The translations under genes and the position numbers were made by a program. From positions 192,001 to 256,000 of the forward strand of contig JAWLHY010000011.1 in the NCBI GenBank assembly GCA_041690135.1: 64,000 bases of DNA, in the 5' to 3' direction. Below, piece by piece: positions 18,757 to 32,658 of the stretch (the first letter of the stretch is position 1; every line of letters starts with the position of its first letter). The notes under the pieces were generated by a model. That model saw only the letters and a program-made list of their open reading frames with translations. It was not told the DNA's origin and ran no database searches. The DNA comes from Armatimonadota bacterium (GTDB lineage Bacteria; Armatimonadota; SYMT01).

Positions 18757-19245
18757 ATGAAGCTCTATTTCTTGCGCCACGGAATCGCCGAGGATGCCGT
18801 TCCCCCGATGCGGGACGCGGAGCGGAAGCTCACGGAAGAGGGAATCCGCGAGATGGAAGGGGTAGGCCGGGGCCTGCAGGCGCTGGGGCTCGACTTCGAC
18901 CAGATCCTCACCAGCCCCCTGGTGCGCGCGCGGGAAACGGCGGAGATCGCCGCGCGGGCTCTCGGCCGGGAGGACCGGCTCCGGGTGTGCCCGAATCTCG
19001 CCTCCGGAGCCCGGTTCGGGGATCTGCAGCGGGCGCTGGAGGACCTCCCCTCCCGCTCTCGCGTGCTGCTGGTGGGCCATGAGCCGGACCTGAGCACCCT
19101 CATCTCCGACCTGATCGGCGGGGGAGCGGTCCGGATGAAGAAGGCCTCGCTTGCCATGGTGGACGCCATGCACGTCGAACCCGATGCGGGCGAGCTCCGA
19201 TGGCTGCTCACGGCCGAGCAGCTCTGCCTGCTCGATAGCGAGTGA
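18757..19245 (+). CDS. sixA: Phosphohistidine phosphatase SixA
   Basis: LYFLRHGIAE, ILTSPLVRARETA, VLLVGHEPDL. Confidence 0.9.
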   Translation: MKLYFLRHGIAEDAVPPMRDAERKLTEEGIREMEGVGRGLQALGLDFDQILTSPLVRARETAEIAARALGREDRLRVCPNLASGARFGDLQRALEDLPSRSRVLLVGHEPDLSTLISDLIGGGAVRMKKASLAMVDAMHVEPDAGELRWLLTAEQLCLLDSE

Positions 19246-19435
19246 GCAGCCTCCACTGCTAAAGAAAATCCAAATAAACCGGCTTGAGATCACATCGTCA
19301 TAGGTTCTGGTCCGTTGGTAAGGTGGGGTTTGAACCTCGGGCATCTACCCCGAACCACAACCCGCCTTCCGCACTTCTCCCGGGCAGTGATGCCCCGTTA
19401 CTCCGTCTGCGACCAGACACCAGGGTTTTCGACGC

Positions 19436-20155
19436 ATGTTCAAGCGCTCGTCTCGAGGGTTCACCCTCATCGAACTTCTCGTAGTGATAGCGATCATCGC
19501 CATCCTCGCCGCTATCCTCTTCCCGGTTTTCGCCCGCGCCCGCGAGGCCGCCCGCGCCTCTTCTTGCGTGAACAACCTCAAGCAGATCAACCTCGCGGTG
19601 ATGCAGTACACCCAGGACTACGATGAGGTCCTGCCGATCATGAACGCCATCGCCAGCGCCCCTCCGGTGGCGGGTGAGAGCGGCTGGGTCAACGCGGTGG
19701 CCCCGTATATCAAGAACACCCAGGTCTTCAAGTGCCCCAGCGCCTCCGGGGCCCAGGCGACGGCAACCTGCACCTCTTTCCAGATGGGTGGCGTTTCCTA
19801 CACCGGCGTGGGGTGGGCGGTGCCGATTCTGGATTATGCCATCAACCAGAACCTGGCTGCCGGAGGGTCCCAGGCCACCGCGCTGGGGCTGGCGAGCATG
19901 GAGTATCCAGCAAATATCGTGATGAACCTGGAGACCAACCGGCTGCGCGGCTGTGCGGGCGGCGAGAACTGGAACGGCGACTTCATCGGGCTGCGGGGCG
20001 CCACGCCCGCCGCGCGGAACACCTGCCTCACCCGCCACAACGACGGCAGCAACTACGGCTTCGCCGACGGGCACGTGAAGTGGGCCAAGGCGGAAAGCAT
20101 CAAGCAGTCCTACGCCACACCCGGCACCGAGCCGTTCTGGTTCATCGCCCCGTAG
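19436..20155 (+). CDS. Prepilin-type N-methylation / DUF1559 protein with H-X9-DG motif
   Basis: [30 protein letters not shown]; [17 protein letters not shown]. Confidence 0.92.
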   Translation: MFKRSSRGFTLIELLVVIAIIAILAAILFPVFARAREAARASSCVNNLKQINLAVMQYTQDYDEVLPIMNAIASAPPVAGESGWVNAVAPYIKNTQVFKCPSASGAQATATCTSFQMGGVSYTGVGWAVPILDYAINQNLAAGGSQATALGLASMEYPANIVMNLETNRLRGCAGGENWNGDFIGLRGATPAARNTCLTRHNDGSNYGFADGHVKWAKAESIKQSYATPGTEPFWFIAP

Positions 20156-20183
20156 TCCCTCTTCTGTTTGCGAGATGGGACGC

Positions 20184-20214
20184 ACAGGCTGCCCCCTGGG
20201 GGCGGCCTGTTTTT
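20184..20214 (+). terminator. Intrinsic terminator
   Basis: ACAGGCTGCCCC-CTG-GGGGCGGCCTGT followed by TTTT. Confidence 0.7.
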
Positions 20215-20367
20215 GTGACGGCTCTTTTAGACCCGGAGGCGTCGAGGCTATAGAGCGTCGTCCCGGACTGCCGCTGAAACTGGAACACCCACTGTCGGGT
20301 GTCGGATCAGCCGGGCCAGAGTTCCGGGGTTGTGAAATCCGGACCGGAACTGCGGTCTCGAAGTGTC

Positions 20368-22752
<2,385 letters not shown>

Positions 22753-22768
22753 GACGGTTGATCCGCCC

Positions 22769-23134
22769 TCATTTAGAGGCGCCAGACTCCTGCCAGAGTG
22801 TCTTGACCCGCTCCACCGCGGAGCGGAACTCCTGGTAGGCCTCCGGGCTGGCGCCGATGAACTCCACGCCGCTCACTACCCAGGAAGCCAGCTCCGGCTG
22901 CCGCAGGTGGTAGTAGACGTGGCGACCCTCGCGACGTTCCTCCACAATCCGGTGTGCCCGCAGGACGGCAAGGTGCTGCGATACGCCGGACTGGGCGATC
23001 CCCAGGATCCCCTGCAGGGTCTGTACGTCCCGCTCTTCGCTCCCCAGCTCCTCGATGATCCGGATGCGGTGCGGGTGGGAGAGCACGCTGAAGAGACTCG
23101 CGAGCTCCTTGCTGACCAGTGCGCGTTCAGGCAT
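22769..23134 (-). CDS. ArsR/SmtB family transcriptional regulator (no Cys)
   Basis: [33 protein letters not shown]. Confidence 0.92.
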   Translation of the reverse strand: MPERALVSKELASLFSVLSHPHRIRIIEELGSEERDVQTLQGILGIAQSGVSQHLAVLRAHRIVEERREGRHVYYHLRQPELASWVVSGVEFIGASPEAYQEFRSAVERVKTLWQESGASK

Positions 23135-23161
23135 GAGATGAATGGGTATCGAATGGATTCA

Positions 23162-23183
23162 TATGCATATATCGGTATGCATA
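23162..23183. promoter_or_regulatory. Putative ArsR operator TATGCATA-N6-TATGCATA
   Basis: Two palindromic 8-mers 28 bp upstream of the ArsR start, AT-rich in a GC-rich background; related TGCATA-N5-TATGAG at 23441-23457 before tolC. Confidence 0.5.
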
Positions 23184-23459
23184 CTATACCACCGCTCTCC
23201 ACGGGCAGCAACTCGGGGTCCCACCCCGCACGGCGGGACCCCGAGTTGAAGAAAAAACCGTGCCGGCCGGCGTGCGCACGGACCAGGACGGCACGGAGGT
23301 GCCTCCAGGGCAACCGGGCCGGGATCTCCATCAGGTAACAGCCGCAACCCTGGCGCTTGCTTTCCCCACATAAACGCAACAAAACCATGTGGATTTCCGG
23401 ATCCGTTCCGCATATCTTAATAGCGTTACCTTCGAACATTTGCATATGTGGTATGAGAG

Positions 23460-25502
23460 ATGCGTATTCGTCCACTCCTGACCCTGATCTCGACCTTGCC
23501 GGTGGCGACCCTCCTGGCGGCCCCTCCGTTGTACGCGGATTCTCCCTTGCCGGTACGCCTGCAGATCGCCGGTATGGAGCTTCGGGGTGCCGCCCCCGCC
23601 CTTTTCGACGGCAAAGAGACGTATGCCCCGCTGGAGGTGCTGTCGGCGGTCGGCCTGGAAGTGGAGAAAACCCCGCGCAAGCAGGGCGCGGTCGTTGTGA
23701 CGGACCCGGACAGCGGTAAGCGCAGTGAGCTCCGCCTCACGAAACGGGCCGGAAAGTCGCTGCTGCCGCTCTCGGAAGTGGCCCGGTTGGTGGAAGGCGA
23801 CGTGGAGCGGCCGGCCCGGTTGGATAAGGACGGCACCCCGGTGCCGGCCAAGCCGGGCGACTGGGTCTACCTTCTGGCGCGGGTCCGGTCCGTGCAGGTG
23901 ACGGAAGGCACGGTACGGATCGACACCACCTTTCCGGTCCCGGTGCGGAACGCCCCCTTGGAGGATGAGACGGCGCTGCAGGTCACGGTGGAGTGCGTCG
24001 GCGCCGCGGTGCCGGAGAGCTTCTCTCCCGCCCCCCTTCCCCCGGACGAGCGGCGGGTGCGGGCGGTGGCCGTTTCCCAGGCCCGGGTGGACGTGGTGCG
24101 GGTCACCCTGGACCTGGCCGCTCCCCCCGCCGGAGCCTGCGCCGAGCCCGGGGAACCGGCCGGGGCGCAGGCCGAGCCGCTGCTGCTGGATGACGTCCTC
24201 CGGCAGGTGCAGGGGAACTACCCCAAGTTGAGCGCCGCCGATGCCGAGCGCCGTACGGCCGCGGCAAAGCTGCGCGAAAAGCAGGGGTTCTTCGACCCGG
24301 TCCTTACCGGCGGCAGCGAGTTCACCCGCTTTCCGGATAGCGACAAGCTGGGAGCGCTGAAGTCGTTTTCGGCTACCTTCGCGGGCGTCGAGTTCCTCAC
24401 CCCGTACGGGATCAAGGTGATTACGGGCGGACGCCGCCACGACGGCTCGGTGAAGTCGCCCCTCTCCCCCACGGGAAGCACCGGCGAGTACTTCGTGGGC
24501 GTGAAGCTCCCGCTGCTGGCCGGGGCGGGGATCAACGAGAAGTCCGCGGCGCTCCGGCAGAGCCGGCTGGGCGTGCCGCTGGCCGATAGTGAGTTCGACC
24601 TGACCCGGATCGAGGTACTGCTGAAGGCGGCGAACGTCTACTGGGACTGGGTGGCCGCCGGCCGCCGGGTGGACGTGGCCCGGAACCTGCTCGGGCTTGC
24701 CCGGGTCCGGGCGCAGGCGGTGCGGGAGCGTGCCGAGTTGGGCGACCTCCCCCTGATCGACGTGACCGAGGCCAACCAGGAGGTCCAGCGCCGCATCGAG
24801 GGCCTCCAGAAGTCGGAGCGGGAGTGGCAGAAGGAGACCTTCAAGCTCTCCGTGTTCCTCTGGAATGCCGACGGAACGCCGATGCCGCTGCCTACCCTGG
24901 CAAACCTGCCCCCCGCGACGCCGCCCGCCGGCGCGCTGGAGGATGAGCGGGTGGAAGACGGCCGCAGCCTGGCGCTCGAGCGGCGCCCGGAGCTGCAGGC
25001 CCTCACCCTGGCCCAGCGGTTCACCCGGGTGAGCCTCGACCTGGCCCGCAACCAGCGGCTGCCCGCGATCGACCTGTCCCTGGCGCCCGGCGTGGATACC
25101 GGGTTCGGCGGGGCGGGCGGGACGCTCAAAGCCGGCGTATCGGTGGGGCTGCCGCTGCGACAGCGGACCGCCGAGGGCCGCATCCAGGAGGCGCGGCTGA
25201 AGCTGGAAAAGCTGGAGTTGGACCAGCAGTTGGAACGCCAGCGGATCGTTACGGAGGTGGCGGATGCCGCCTCGGCCGTCCGGCAGGCCTATCAGCGTTA
25301 CGTGGCCGCCGCGGAAGAGCTGTCCCTGGCCCGCAGGCTGGAACAGGGCGAGCGCGACCGGTTCGACCTGGGCGACAGCACCCTGTTCCTCGTGAACCAG
25401 CGCGAGCGGGCGACCGCCGAGGCGGCCGTCAAAGTGATTACCATCCAGGCGGAGTACGAGCAGGCCCTGGCCCTGTTCCGGGCCGTTACCGCGCAGATCT
25501 AG
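23460..25502 (+). CDS. TolC-family outer membrane factor with ~240-aa N-terminal extension (AMIN-like)
   Basis: Signal peptide; OEP repeats ([30 protein letters not shown]); N-terminal [21 protein letters not shown] is AMIN-like. Confidence 0.85.
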   Translation: MRIRPLLTLISTLPVATLLAAPPLYADSPLPVRLQIAGMELRGAAPALFDGKETYAPLEVLSAVGLEVEKTPRKQGAVVVTDPDSGKRSELRLTKRAGKSLLPLSEVARLVEGDVERPARLDKDGTPVPAKPGDWVYLLARVRSVQVTEGTVRIDTTFPVPVRNAPLEDETALQVTVECVGAAVPESFSPAPLPPDERRVRAVAVSQARVDVVRVTLDLAAPPAGACAEPGEPAGAQAEPLLLDDVLRQVQGNYPKLSAADAERRTAAAKLREKQGFFDPVLTGGSEFTRFPDSDKLGALKSFSATFAGVEFLTPYGIKVITGGRRHDGSVKSPLSPTGSTGEYFVGVKLPLLAGAGINEKSAALRQSRLGVPLADSEFDLTRIEVLLKAANVYWDWVAAGRRVDVARNLLGLARVRAQAVRERAELGDLPLIDVTEANQEVQRRIEGLQKSEREWQKETFKLSVFLWNADGTPMPLPTLANLPPATPPAGALEDERVEDGRSLALERRPELQALTLAQRFTRVSLDLARNQRLPAIDLSLAPGVDTGFGGAGGTLKAGVSVGLPLRQRTAEGRIQEARLKLEKLELDQQLERQRIVTEVADAASAVRQAYQRYVAAAEELSLARRLEQGERDRFDLGDSTLFLVNQRERATAEAAVKVITIQAEYEQALALFRAVTAQI

Positions 25503-25509
25503 GCTCTCC

Positions 25510-27396
25510 ATGCACACCCACCACGCTTCTCATTCTTCCGCTCATCCCTCCCCGCACGCTTCACACGGCGGGGACCATGCCCACCCCACGCCCCAGCAAC
25601 GCCTGCGCCGGATGCTGTGGGAAGACCGCAGCGATCTCGCGGTGCTCTTCGCCTACATCATGGTGACGGGGATCTTCGTGCTCGCCGTGCCGCTCGCGGC
25701 GCAGGCGCTGGTGAACACCATCGCGGCCGGGTTCTCGCTCCAGCCGTTGATCGTGCTGACCCTGCTCGTGCTGGGAGGCCTGCTCTTCGCGGGGGTGCTC
25801 CGCCTGCTACAGCTTTCCATCGTGGAAACGCTCCAGCAGAGGGTGTTCGCTCGCGTGGCGCTCCAGTTGGCGAACCGCCTGCCGCGGGTCCGACAGCAGG
25901 CCCTTTCGGAAGGCTACGCTCCGGAGCTGGTCAACCGCTTCTTCGACGTGCTGACTATCCAGAAGACCTTCTCCAAGCTGCTGCTCGACGGCGTGGCGGC
26001 CGCCCTGCAGGCTACGGTCGGGTTGATCCTGGTGGCGTTCTACAACCCGCTGCTCCTGGGGTTCGCCCTCTTCATCCTCGCCTCGTTCTTCTTCATCAGC
26101 GTGGGTCTCGGGTTCGGCGGTCTCCGCACAAGCATCCACGAGTCGATCCAGAAGTACCGCGTCGCGGACTGGCTGGAAGAGCTGGCGCGGTGCCATGCCA
26201 GCTTCAAGATGCACGCCGGGGGCAGCTTCCTCACCGACCGCGCGGATGCCCTGGTGATGGACTATATCGCCGCCCGCCGCTCCCACTTCGTGGTCGTGTT
26301 CCGGCAGGCGGTCGGCAACTACTTCTTCCAGGCGGTCGCCAGCGCCGGCACGCTGGGGATCGGCGGCTGGCTGGTGATCAACCGCCAGCTCACCCTGGGG
26401 CAACTCGTCGCGGCGGAGCTGGTGGTGGTGTCGGTTCTCTCCGCCATGGACAAGCTGATCAAGCAGGCCGAGCAGGTCTACGACCTCCTGACCGCCCTGG
26501 ACAAAGTGGGGCACGTGACCGACCTTCCCCTGGAGCGCGAAGACGGAGCTCCGCTTCCGGCCGGCACCGCGGGGGCCCGCGTGCTCTGTCGGGGCGTCCG
26601 GTTCTCCTACCGCCCGGGCGCGGAGGTGCTCGCCGGCCTGGACCTGCAGCTTCAGCCCGGGGAACGGGTGAGCCTGGTGGGGATCAGCGGCGCCGGGAAG
26701 AGCACCCTGGCCGCGCTGCTCTGCGGGCTGGAAGAGCCCAGCCACGGCGCCGTGGAGATCAACGGGATGGAGGTCCGCTCCGCGACCCTCCCCTCCCTGC
26801 GCCGCGTGGTGAGCCTGGTGAGCGACGACCAGGAGATCTTCTCCGGCACCCTGGAAGAGAACGTGCGCGTCGGTCGGGCCCACGTGTCCCACGAAGACAT
26901 GCGCTGGGCCCTGGAAATCGCGCAGCTGACGGACGAGCTGTCGCTGCTCCCCTACGGCACGAAAACCCGGCTGGTGAGCGGCGGCAACAATCTCTCCCAC
27001 GGCCAGGCCCAGCGGCTGCTGATCGCCCGCGCCATCGTCGACCGTCCCCAATTGCTGATCCTCGACGAAGCGTTCACCGGCATCGACGAGCGGACCAAGC
27101 TGGAGATCCTGGATGCGCTGTACGCGCCGGAGCACCAGTGGACCCTGATCGACATCTCCCACGATGCGGAGGTGGTGATGCGCTCCAGCACGGTTCACGT
27201 CCTGAGCCAGGGCCGCATCGTGGAGTCCGGCCCTCCCGAGGCGCTGGTGACCCGCGCCGGGTCCGCGTTCGCCTCCCTCTTCCCGGACCTCGCGGCGCAG
27301 ATCCAACGCGGCCGCGCCCCGGGCTCACCGGAACCGGCTGCCTCCCGATCTAACACCTTGCCGGAGGGGGCGGGCGTCGTGGTGGAAATGGCATGA
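25510..27396 (+). CDS. Type I secretion-type ABC transporter (TMD+NBD) with His-rich N-terminus
   Basis: [29 protein letters not shown]; [15 protein letters not shown]; [12 protein letters not shown]. Confidence 0.9.
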   Translation: MHTHHASHSSAHPSPHASHGGDHAHPTPQQRLRRMLWEDRSDLAVLFAYIMVTGIFVLAVPLAAQALVNTIAAGFSLQPLIVLTLLVLGGLLFAGVLRLLQLSIVETLQQRVFARVALQLANRLPRVRQQALSEGYAPELVNRFFDVLTIQKTFSKLLLDGVAAALQATVGLILVAFYNPLLLGFALFILASFFFISVGLGFGGLRTSIHESIQKYRVADWLEELARCHASFKMHAGGSFLTDRADALVMDYIAARRSHFVVVFRQAVGNYFFQAVASAGTLGIGGWLVINRQLTLGQLVAAELVVVSVLSAMDKLIKQAEQVYDLLTALDKVGHVTDLPLEREDGAPLPAGTAGARVLCRGVRFSYRPGAEVLAGLDLQLQPGERVSLVGISGAGKSTLAALLCGLEEPSHGAVEINGMEVRSATLPSLRRVVSLVSDDQEIFSGTLEENVRVGRAHVSHEDMRWALEIAQLTDELSLLPYGTKTRLVSGGNNLSHGQAQRLLIARAIVDRPQLLILDEAFTGIDERTKLEILDALYAPEHQWTLIDISHDAEVVMRSSTVHVLSQGRIVESGPPEALVTRAGSAFASLFPDLAAQIQRGRAPGSPEPAASRSNTLPEGAGVVVEMA

Positions 27397-27700
27397 GGAC
27401 CGATCGTGCATCGCTGTTGGAGCGGGGGCCGCATGATGGGTACTCACTCATAAACGTCCCCGTGGAGAGCCAGGACGTGCCTAAGGGGATAAGGGAAGTA
27501 TCGGAACAATTCTTGACCGCTCGGCGCGAACCTGCTTCTCCACCCAGCTCAATGAGGCTTGCCGGAGTGACGGCGCTTGCGCGGCCGTGTACTGGGAAAC
27601 CGTACCTGCTCAGTTACTTGCACACACCCTTAGCCTTCCTCGGCATGAACGTGGTCGCGTCGATACCGAACAGGACTCGCCACCAAGTCTTGGGCGTGGG

Positions 27701-27952
27701 CTCCCCCCTCTCTGTGTCGGAGAGGGGGCCGGGGGGTGAGGTTACCATGCTCACCGTACTTGCCAGCGAAGATGCACTCCCGAAATGCGCTCCCCCTGGT
27801 TATCCACCCCGTCCTACACACGGGCTCCCCCTCTCCCGCAGCGTGGGAGAGGGGCTAGGGGTGAGGGCTCTCTGGTCACCCCTCTCTACGTCGGAGCCGG
27901 GTCCCGAAGGCTTTCGAGAGGGGGTACCCCGTACGGGGTGGCGGGGGATGAG
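27701..27952 (+). repeat. Three CCCCTCTC..GAGAGGGG..GGG(T/A)GAGG REP-like elements
   Basis: Copies at ~27701, 27825 and 27879; same family at ~30762, 35339 and 37952. Confidence 0.75.
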
Positions 27953-28128
27953 GTTACCGAGGGTACCGGATCCGGCAATGGTGACGCTCATAAGGCCCGC
28001 GCAGGTCTACGCCCGGGCCGGACACACTTCGGGTGGCGCGCGCGGATGTGGGGTGCGGGGACGGTGCTGTTGCAGAGCCCCAAGGTTTAGCTCGGGGATC
28101 CTTTGCGGGTTGGATAGGGGACCGATGA

Positions 28129-30219
28129 ATGACAGTTGCTGAAAGATCGCTGGGTGATCAGACGCTTCCCTCGGGCGGGAGCTCGAAGCTGCCGGTTTCG
28201 CTGCAATCGGTCGCGCCTCGGGCGTGGGCGGGGCGGGTGGTGGTGATGTTGCTGGTCCTGGTGGTGCTGGTGGCGTCGTGCCTCATTTTCGTCCCCTGGC
28301 AGCAGTCCGTCACGGGGAACGGGCGGATCATCGTCTACTCCGCGATGGAGCGCCCGCAGAACGTGGACGCGCCTATCCCCGGACGATTGGTCCGCTGGCA
28401 CATCCAGGAAGGACAGGTCGTCCGGGCCGGGGAGACGCTCGCCGAGATCTCCGACCTGGACTCCAAGTTCCTGGACCCGGAACAGGCGCGGCGGCTCCAG
28501 GATCAGCGGGCGGCGCTGGTGATCCGCCGGGAGGCGGCCCAGGCCCGCGCGGCGGCGCTGGAGAGCCAGCTTCAGTTCCTGGATCGCTCCCGGAACGTGG
28601 CCATCCCCACCGCGGGAGAGCGGGCCATGCAGGCCCAGGAGCGCCTGGGGGCCGCCCGCGAAGCGCTGACGGCGTCCAAACAGAGCTATACGGCCTCGCG
28701 AGAGGTCTCCCTGCCCTCGGCCCGGGAGAAGGCTCTGCAGGCCGAAGAGCGAGAACGGGCCGCGCAAGAGACTTTGACGGCAGCTATCCAGAGCCTGAAG
28801 GCCGCCGAGGAAGTCGGGCTGCCCACCTCGCGCGAGAAAGCCTCCCAGGCAAAGGAACGGGAACGCGCCGCGGAGGAAGCCCTGATCGCGGCCCAGCAGA
28901 ACCTCAGGGCCGCGCAGGAGGTCGCCATCCCCTCCGCCCGGGAGAAGCTGCAACAGGCAGTGGAGAAGAAGCGGGCGGCGGAGCAGGCGGTTCAGGCCGC
29001 CCGGCAGGTCCTGGTGGCATCGGGGCTGAACCGCGAGCGGATCCGCGAGCTGTTCAAGAAGACGCTGCGCTCCCGCCGCGACGATGAGCTGGCGGAAGTG
29101 GACCTGGTACGCGCCCGGACCGACGTGGAGCGGGCCCAGGCCGCGCTGTCCGTCGCGGAGCGCGACGTGCGGGTCGCCGAGCTAGACCAGGAGAAGGCGC
29201 AGGTGGATGCCCAGCGCGCCCGGACCGAGGTCGAGCGCGCGAAGGCGGCGGTGGATATCGCCCGGCGCGACACCACCGTGGGCGGCTTCGACCTGACCAA
29301 GGCGCAGGTGGACATCGAGCGGGCGCGGACCGAAGTCGAGCGCGCCCGGGCCGCCCTGGATATCGCCCGGCGGGACGTGAAGGTGGCCCGGCTGGAAGCC
29401 AACCGCGCCGAGCTGGACGTGGTCCGCGCCCGCACCGAGGTCGAGCGTTCCCGGGCCGGCGTGGACATCGCGCGGCGGGACACCTCCGTCGGCGACCTGG
29501 ACCGGACGAAGGTGGAGGCCGACACCGCGGCGACCCTCAGCAGCGTGCAGGCCTCCCTCGCCTCGGCCCGGGAGACGATCGCCTCCATCACCAGCGACAT
29601 CCTCAAGGTGGAAGTCGAGCTGCAGAACGTGCGACAGCGCATGGACCAGCGGTACATCCGCGCTCCCCGCGACGGTCGCGTCGTCCGCCTGATGCGGGTC
29701 GGGGCCGGCGAGGCCGTGAAGTCCGGCGACACCCTCGCGGTGCTGGCGCCGGAGACCGCCGACCAGGCGGTGGAGCTGTACCTCTCCGACAACGATGCTC
29801 CCCTGGTGGACGTCGGGCGCCCCGTCCGGCTGCAGTTCGCCGGCTGGCCCGCGCTGCAGTTCTCCGGCTGGCCTTCCGTGGCGGTGGGGACGTTCGCGGG
29901 ACGGGTCACGGTGATCGACGCCATCGACGACGGCACCAGCCGGTACCGGGTGATCGTGAAGCCGGACGAGGAGCTCATCCGGCAGGGCAAGGAAGAGCCG
30001 TGGCCGAACCCGCGGCAGTTGCGCCCCGGCGCCGAAGTGACCGGGTGGGTGATGCTGGAAACGGTCTCCCTTGGCTTCGAGCTGTGGCGCCAGTTCAACG
30101 CCTTCCCGCCGACCATCGAGCGCGATCCGTCCGACAAACCGGACGCTTACGGCAAGAGCACCTCGGAGGGCAAGGGGGACGGCAAGGGCGGCGAGATCAA
30201 GCGGAAGGCGGGCAAATGA
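28129..30219 (+). CDS. HlyD-family periplasmic adaptor with a greatly extended, repeat-built alpha-hairpin
   Basis: TM anchor + [10 protein letters not shown], lipoyl halves APIPGRL..EGQVV and [38 protein letters not shown]. Confidence 0.9.
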   Translation: MTVAERSLGDQTLPSGGSSKLPVSLQSVAPRAWAGRVVVMLLVLVVLVASCLIFVPWQQSVTGNGRIIVYSAMERPQNVDAPIPGRLVRWHIQEGQVVRAGETLAEISDLDSKFLDPEQARRLQDQRAALVIRREAAQARAAALESQLQFLDRSRNVAIPTAGERAMQAQERLGAAREALTASKQSYTASREVSLPSAREKALQAEERERAAQETLTAAIQSLKAAEEVGLPTSREKASQAKERERAAEEALIAAQQNLRAAQEVAIPSAREKLQQAVEKKRAAEQAVQAARQVLVASGLNRERIRELFKKTLRSRRDDELAEVDLVRARTDVERAQAALSVAERDVRVAELDQEKAQVDAQRARTEVERAKAAVDIARRDTTVGGFDLTKAQVDIERARTEVERARAALDIARRDVKVARLEANRAELDVVRARTEVERSRAGVDIARRDTSVGDLDRTKVEADTAATLSSVQASLASARETIASITSDILKVEVELQNVRQRMDQRYIRAPRDGRVVRLMRVGAGEAVKSGDTLAVLAPETADQAVELYLSDNDAPLVDVGRPVRLQFAGWPALQFSGWPSVAVGTFAGRVTVIDAIDDGTSRYRVIVKPDEELIRQGKEEPWPNPRQLRPGAEVTGWVMLETVSLGFELWRQFNAFPPTIERDPSDKPDAYGKSTSEGKGDGKGGEIKRKAGK

Positions 30220-30617
30220 GGCCAGAGCATTCTCCTGAAGCCCCGGCCCTGCCGGAAGACGCGCTGGTCGCGCGGGAGTTGGGCCACCTGCTGGGCATCC
30301 TCTCCCACCCCGGCCGCATCCGCATCATCGAGGAGCTGCGGGCCGAGGAGCGAGATGTGAATCACCTGCAGGAAGTGCTCCACGTGAGCCACTCCCGCGT
30401 CTCGCAGCACCTGAGCGCGCTCCGGGCGCACCGCCTGGTGATTGAGCGGCGCGAGGGGCGCCACGTGTACTACCGGCTCCGGCAGCCGGAGATTGCGGCC
30501 TGGCTGTTGGGCGGCCTGCACTTCATCGAGGGAGAGCGGGAAGCGCTGGAAGAGTTCCACGCGGCGGCGGAACGGGTGCGGGCCATCTGGCCCGAGTCCG
30601 CGTCGTCGCGCGGGTGA
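30216..30617 (+). CDS. ArsR/SmtB family regulator, paralog of 22769-23134
   Basis: ATGA overlap with the adaptor stop; [30 protein letters not shown]. Confidence 0.9.
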   Translation: MRPEHSPEAPALPEDALVARELGHLLGILSHPGRIRIIEELRAEERDVNHLQEVLHVSHSRVSQHLSALRAHRLVIERREGRHVYYRLRQPEIAAWLLGGLHFIEGEREALEEFHAAAERVRAIWPESASSRG

Positions 30618-30949
30618 GGATGAAAGGGCGTGTGCGTTGGCCTGTTGCGGGTGGTGACCTGGGCAACCTCACCCCCAGCTCCGTGGGCGTTCACCTACGG
30701 CGAGACGACGATGGCTGCCGCTCCTTTCATAAAAAGGAGCTGCTCCGTCTTGAGCACGGGATCCCCCTCTCCCGCCGCGGTGGGAGAGGGGCAGGGGTGA
30801 GGGCCGTCTTGGCGACTGGTAACTGCTACTTAATCGTCAACCCACGCAACTGCACATCTGAAAAGAGCCGGACCGAACCCAAACGGTTAACATCGGCGGG
30901 CTCATCACTAACAGTCCGTACAGTAACGGATGATCGACAAGGAAAACAA

Positions 30950-31558
30950 ATGAAAGAGGCTTCGACCCATTCAGGTGCTCCCGGTGTGGAGAACCAGCAA
31001 CTGGCCGGCATCGACACGGCGCCGCAGCACGCGGCATCCCAGGCCGGGCCCGCCGGGCCACCGCGCGTGGGGGTGATCATGGGCTCCCGTTCGGACTGGG
31101 AGACCATGCGGCACGCCGCGGACACCCTGCGGGAACTCGGCGTGCCGTTCGAGGCGCGGGTCGTCTCCGCCCACCGCACGCCGGACCTGCTTTTCGAGTA
31201 CGCCGCCTCCGCGGAGGCGCGCGGCCTGGAGGTGCTCATCGCCGGGGCCGGCGGAGCGGCGCACCTCCCCGGCATGGCGGCGGCCAAAACGCTGCTGCCG
31301 GTGCTGGGCGTGCCGGTGGAGTCCCACGCGCTGAAGGGAATGGACTCGCTCCTCTCCATCGCGCAGATGCCGGCGGGCATCCCCGTGGGCACCCTCGCCA
31401 TCGGCAGAGCGGGCGCGGTGAACGCCGCCCTCCTGGCGGCGGCGATGCTCGCAAACAAGTACCCCGAGGTGCGTGCCGCCCTCGCCGGGTTCCGGGAACG
31501 ACAGACGCAGGCCGTGCTGGCGACCGCGCAATTGCCGGTTGAAGAGGGGGTTCAGTGA
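30950..31558 (+). CDS. purE: N5-carboxyaminoimidazole ribonucleotide mutase
   Basis: [38 protein letters not shown]; start approximate. Confidence 0.96.
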   Translation: MKEASTHSGAPGVENQQLAGIDTAPQHAASQAGPAGPPRVGVIMGSRSDWETMRHAADTLRELGVPFEARVVSAHRTPDLLFEYAASAEARGLEVLIAGAGGAAHLPGMAAAKTLLPVLGVPVESHALKGMDSLLSIAQMPAGIPVGTLAIGRAGAVNAALLAAAMLANKYPEVRAALAGFRERQTQAVLATAQLPVEEGVQ

Positions 31559-32658
31559 TGAGTGGTTTGCGGGTTGGGATCATCGGCGGAGGGCAGTTGG
31601 GCCGGATGCTCGCGCTGGCCGGCTATCCCCTGGGCATGCAGTTCCGGTTCCTCTCCTCCAGCCCCGACGCCCCCGCGGGACAGGTGGGGGAGCTCGTGGT
31701 CGGCGGTTTCGGGGACCGGAAGGCGGTGGACCGTTTTGTCGCAGGACTGGACCTGGTCACCTATGAAACGGAAAACACCCCCGTGGAGTTCGTGCGCGAA
31801 CTGGCCACCCGGGTGCCGGTCTACCCCGGGCTGCGCGCCCTCACCATCGCGCAGGACCGCCTCCCGGAAAAGCAATTCTTCGCGCGGCTGGGAGTGCCGA
31901 CGCCGCTCTTCGCCCCGGTTTCCAACCGCGCCACCCTGGAAACGGCCTTGAGCCACGTGGGGCTTCCCGCCCTGCTGAAGACCCGGCGCATGGGCTACGA
32001 CGGCCGGGGCCAGTTCCGGATCCGGACGCGAGAGGAGGCCGAAGCCGCCCTCGAACAGCTCCAGGGCGAGCCCGGTCTGCTCGAGCAGCACGTCCCGTTC
32101 GAACGAGAGCTCTCGCTGCTGGCGGTGCGGGGCCGCACCGGGGAGACGGCCTTCTATCCGCTGGTGGAGAACCACCACGAACAGGGAATCCTGCGGACCT
32201 CCCTCGCCCCCGCCCCCGGTGTCACGCGCGACCTCCGGCTCCAGGCGGAGGGGCACGTCCGCCGGATGCTCCACGACCTCGACTACGTGGGCGTCCTGGC
32301 GGTGGAGTTCTTCCTGGTGAACGGCACCCTCGTCGCCAACGAGATGGCGCCGCGCGTCCACAACTCCGGCCACTGGACGGAGGAAGGCGCCGAAACGAGC
32401 CAGTTCGAGAACCACCTGCGCGCCATCGCCGGTCTCCCGCTCGGCTCCACGCGCCCGGTGGGGCACTCCGCCATGCTCAACCTGATCGGCACGGTCCCCG
32501 AGCCGGACCGCATCCTGGCGGAACCGGGCGCGCACCTCCACCTCTACGGCAAACAGGGCCGCCCGGCGCGCAAGCTGGGGCACATCACCCTGCGGGCCTC
32601 CCGCCGCGAGATCCTGGAGCAGCGCGTGTCCCGCGTCCGCGCCGCCCTGGGCGGGTGA
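31555..32658 (+). CDS. purK: N5-CAIR synthase
   Basis: [35 protein letters not shown]. Confidence 0.96.
   Translation: MMSGLRVGIIGGGQLGRMLALAGYPLGMQFRFLSSSPDAPAGQVGELVVGGFGDRKAVDRFVAGLDLVTYETENTPVEFVRELATRVPVYPGLRALTIAQDRLPEKQFFARLGVPTPLFAPVSNRATLETALSHVGLPALLKTRRMGYDGRGQFRIRTREEAEAALEQLQGEPGLLEQHVPFERELSLLAVRGRTGETAFYPLVENHHEQGILRTSLAPAPGVTRDLRLQAEGHVRRMLHDLDYVGVLAVEFFLVNGTLVANEMAPRVHNSGHWTEEGAETSQFENHLRAIAGLPLGSTRPVGHSAMLNLIGTVPEPDRILAEPGAHLHLYGKQGRPARKLGHITLRASRREILEQRVSRVRAALGG

Noticed and set aside
27393-28142. 249-aa ORF as T1SS cargo
   Set aside because: Runs through REP palindromes, has non-coding-like composition and no secretion repeats
30805-30945. ZTP (pfl) or purine riboswitch upstream of purE
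   Set aside because: Only GCGACTGG matches; the 3' GCCTGGG pseudoknot half and purine aptamer core are absent
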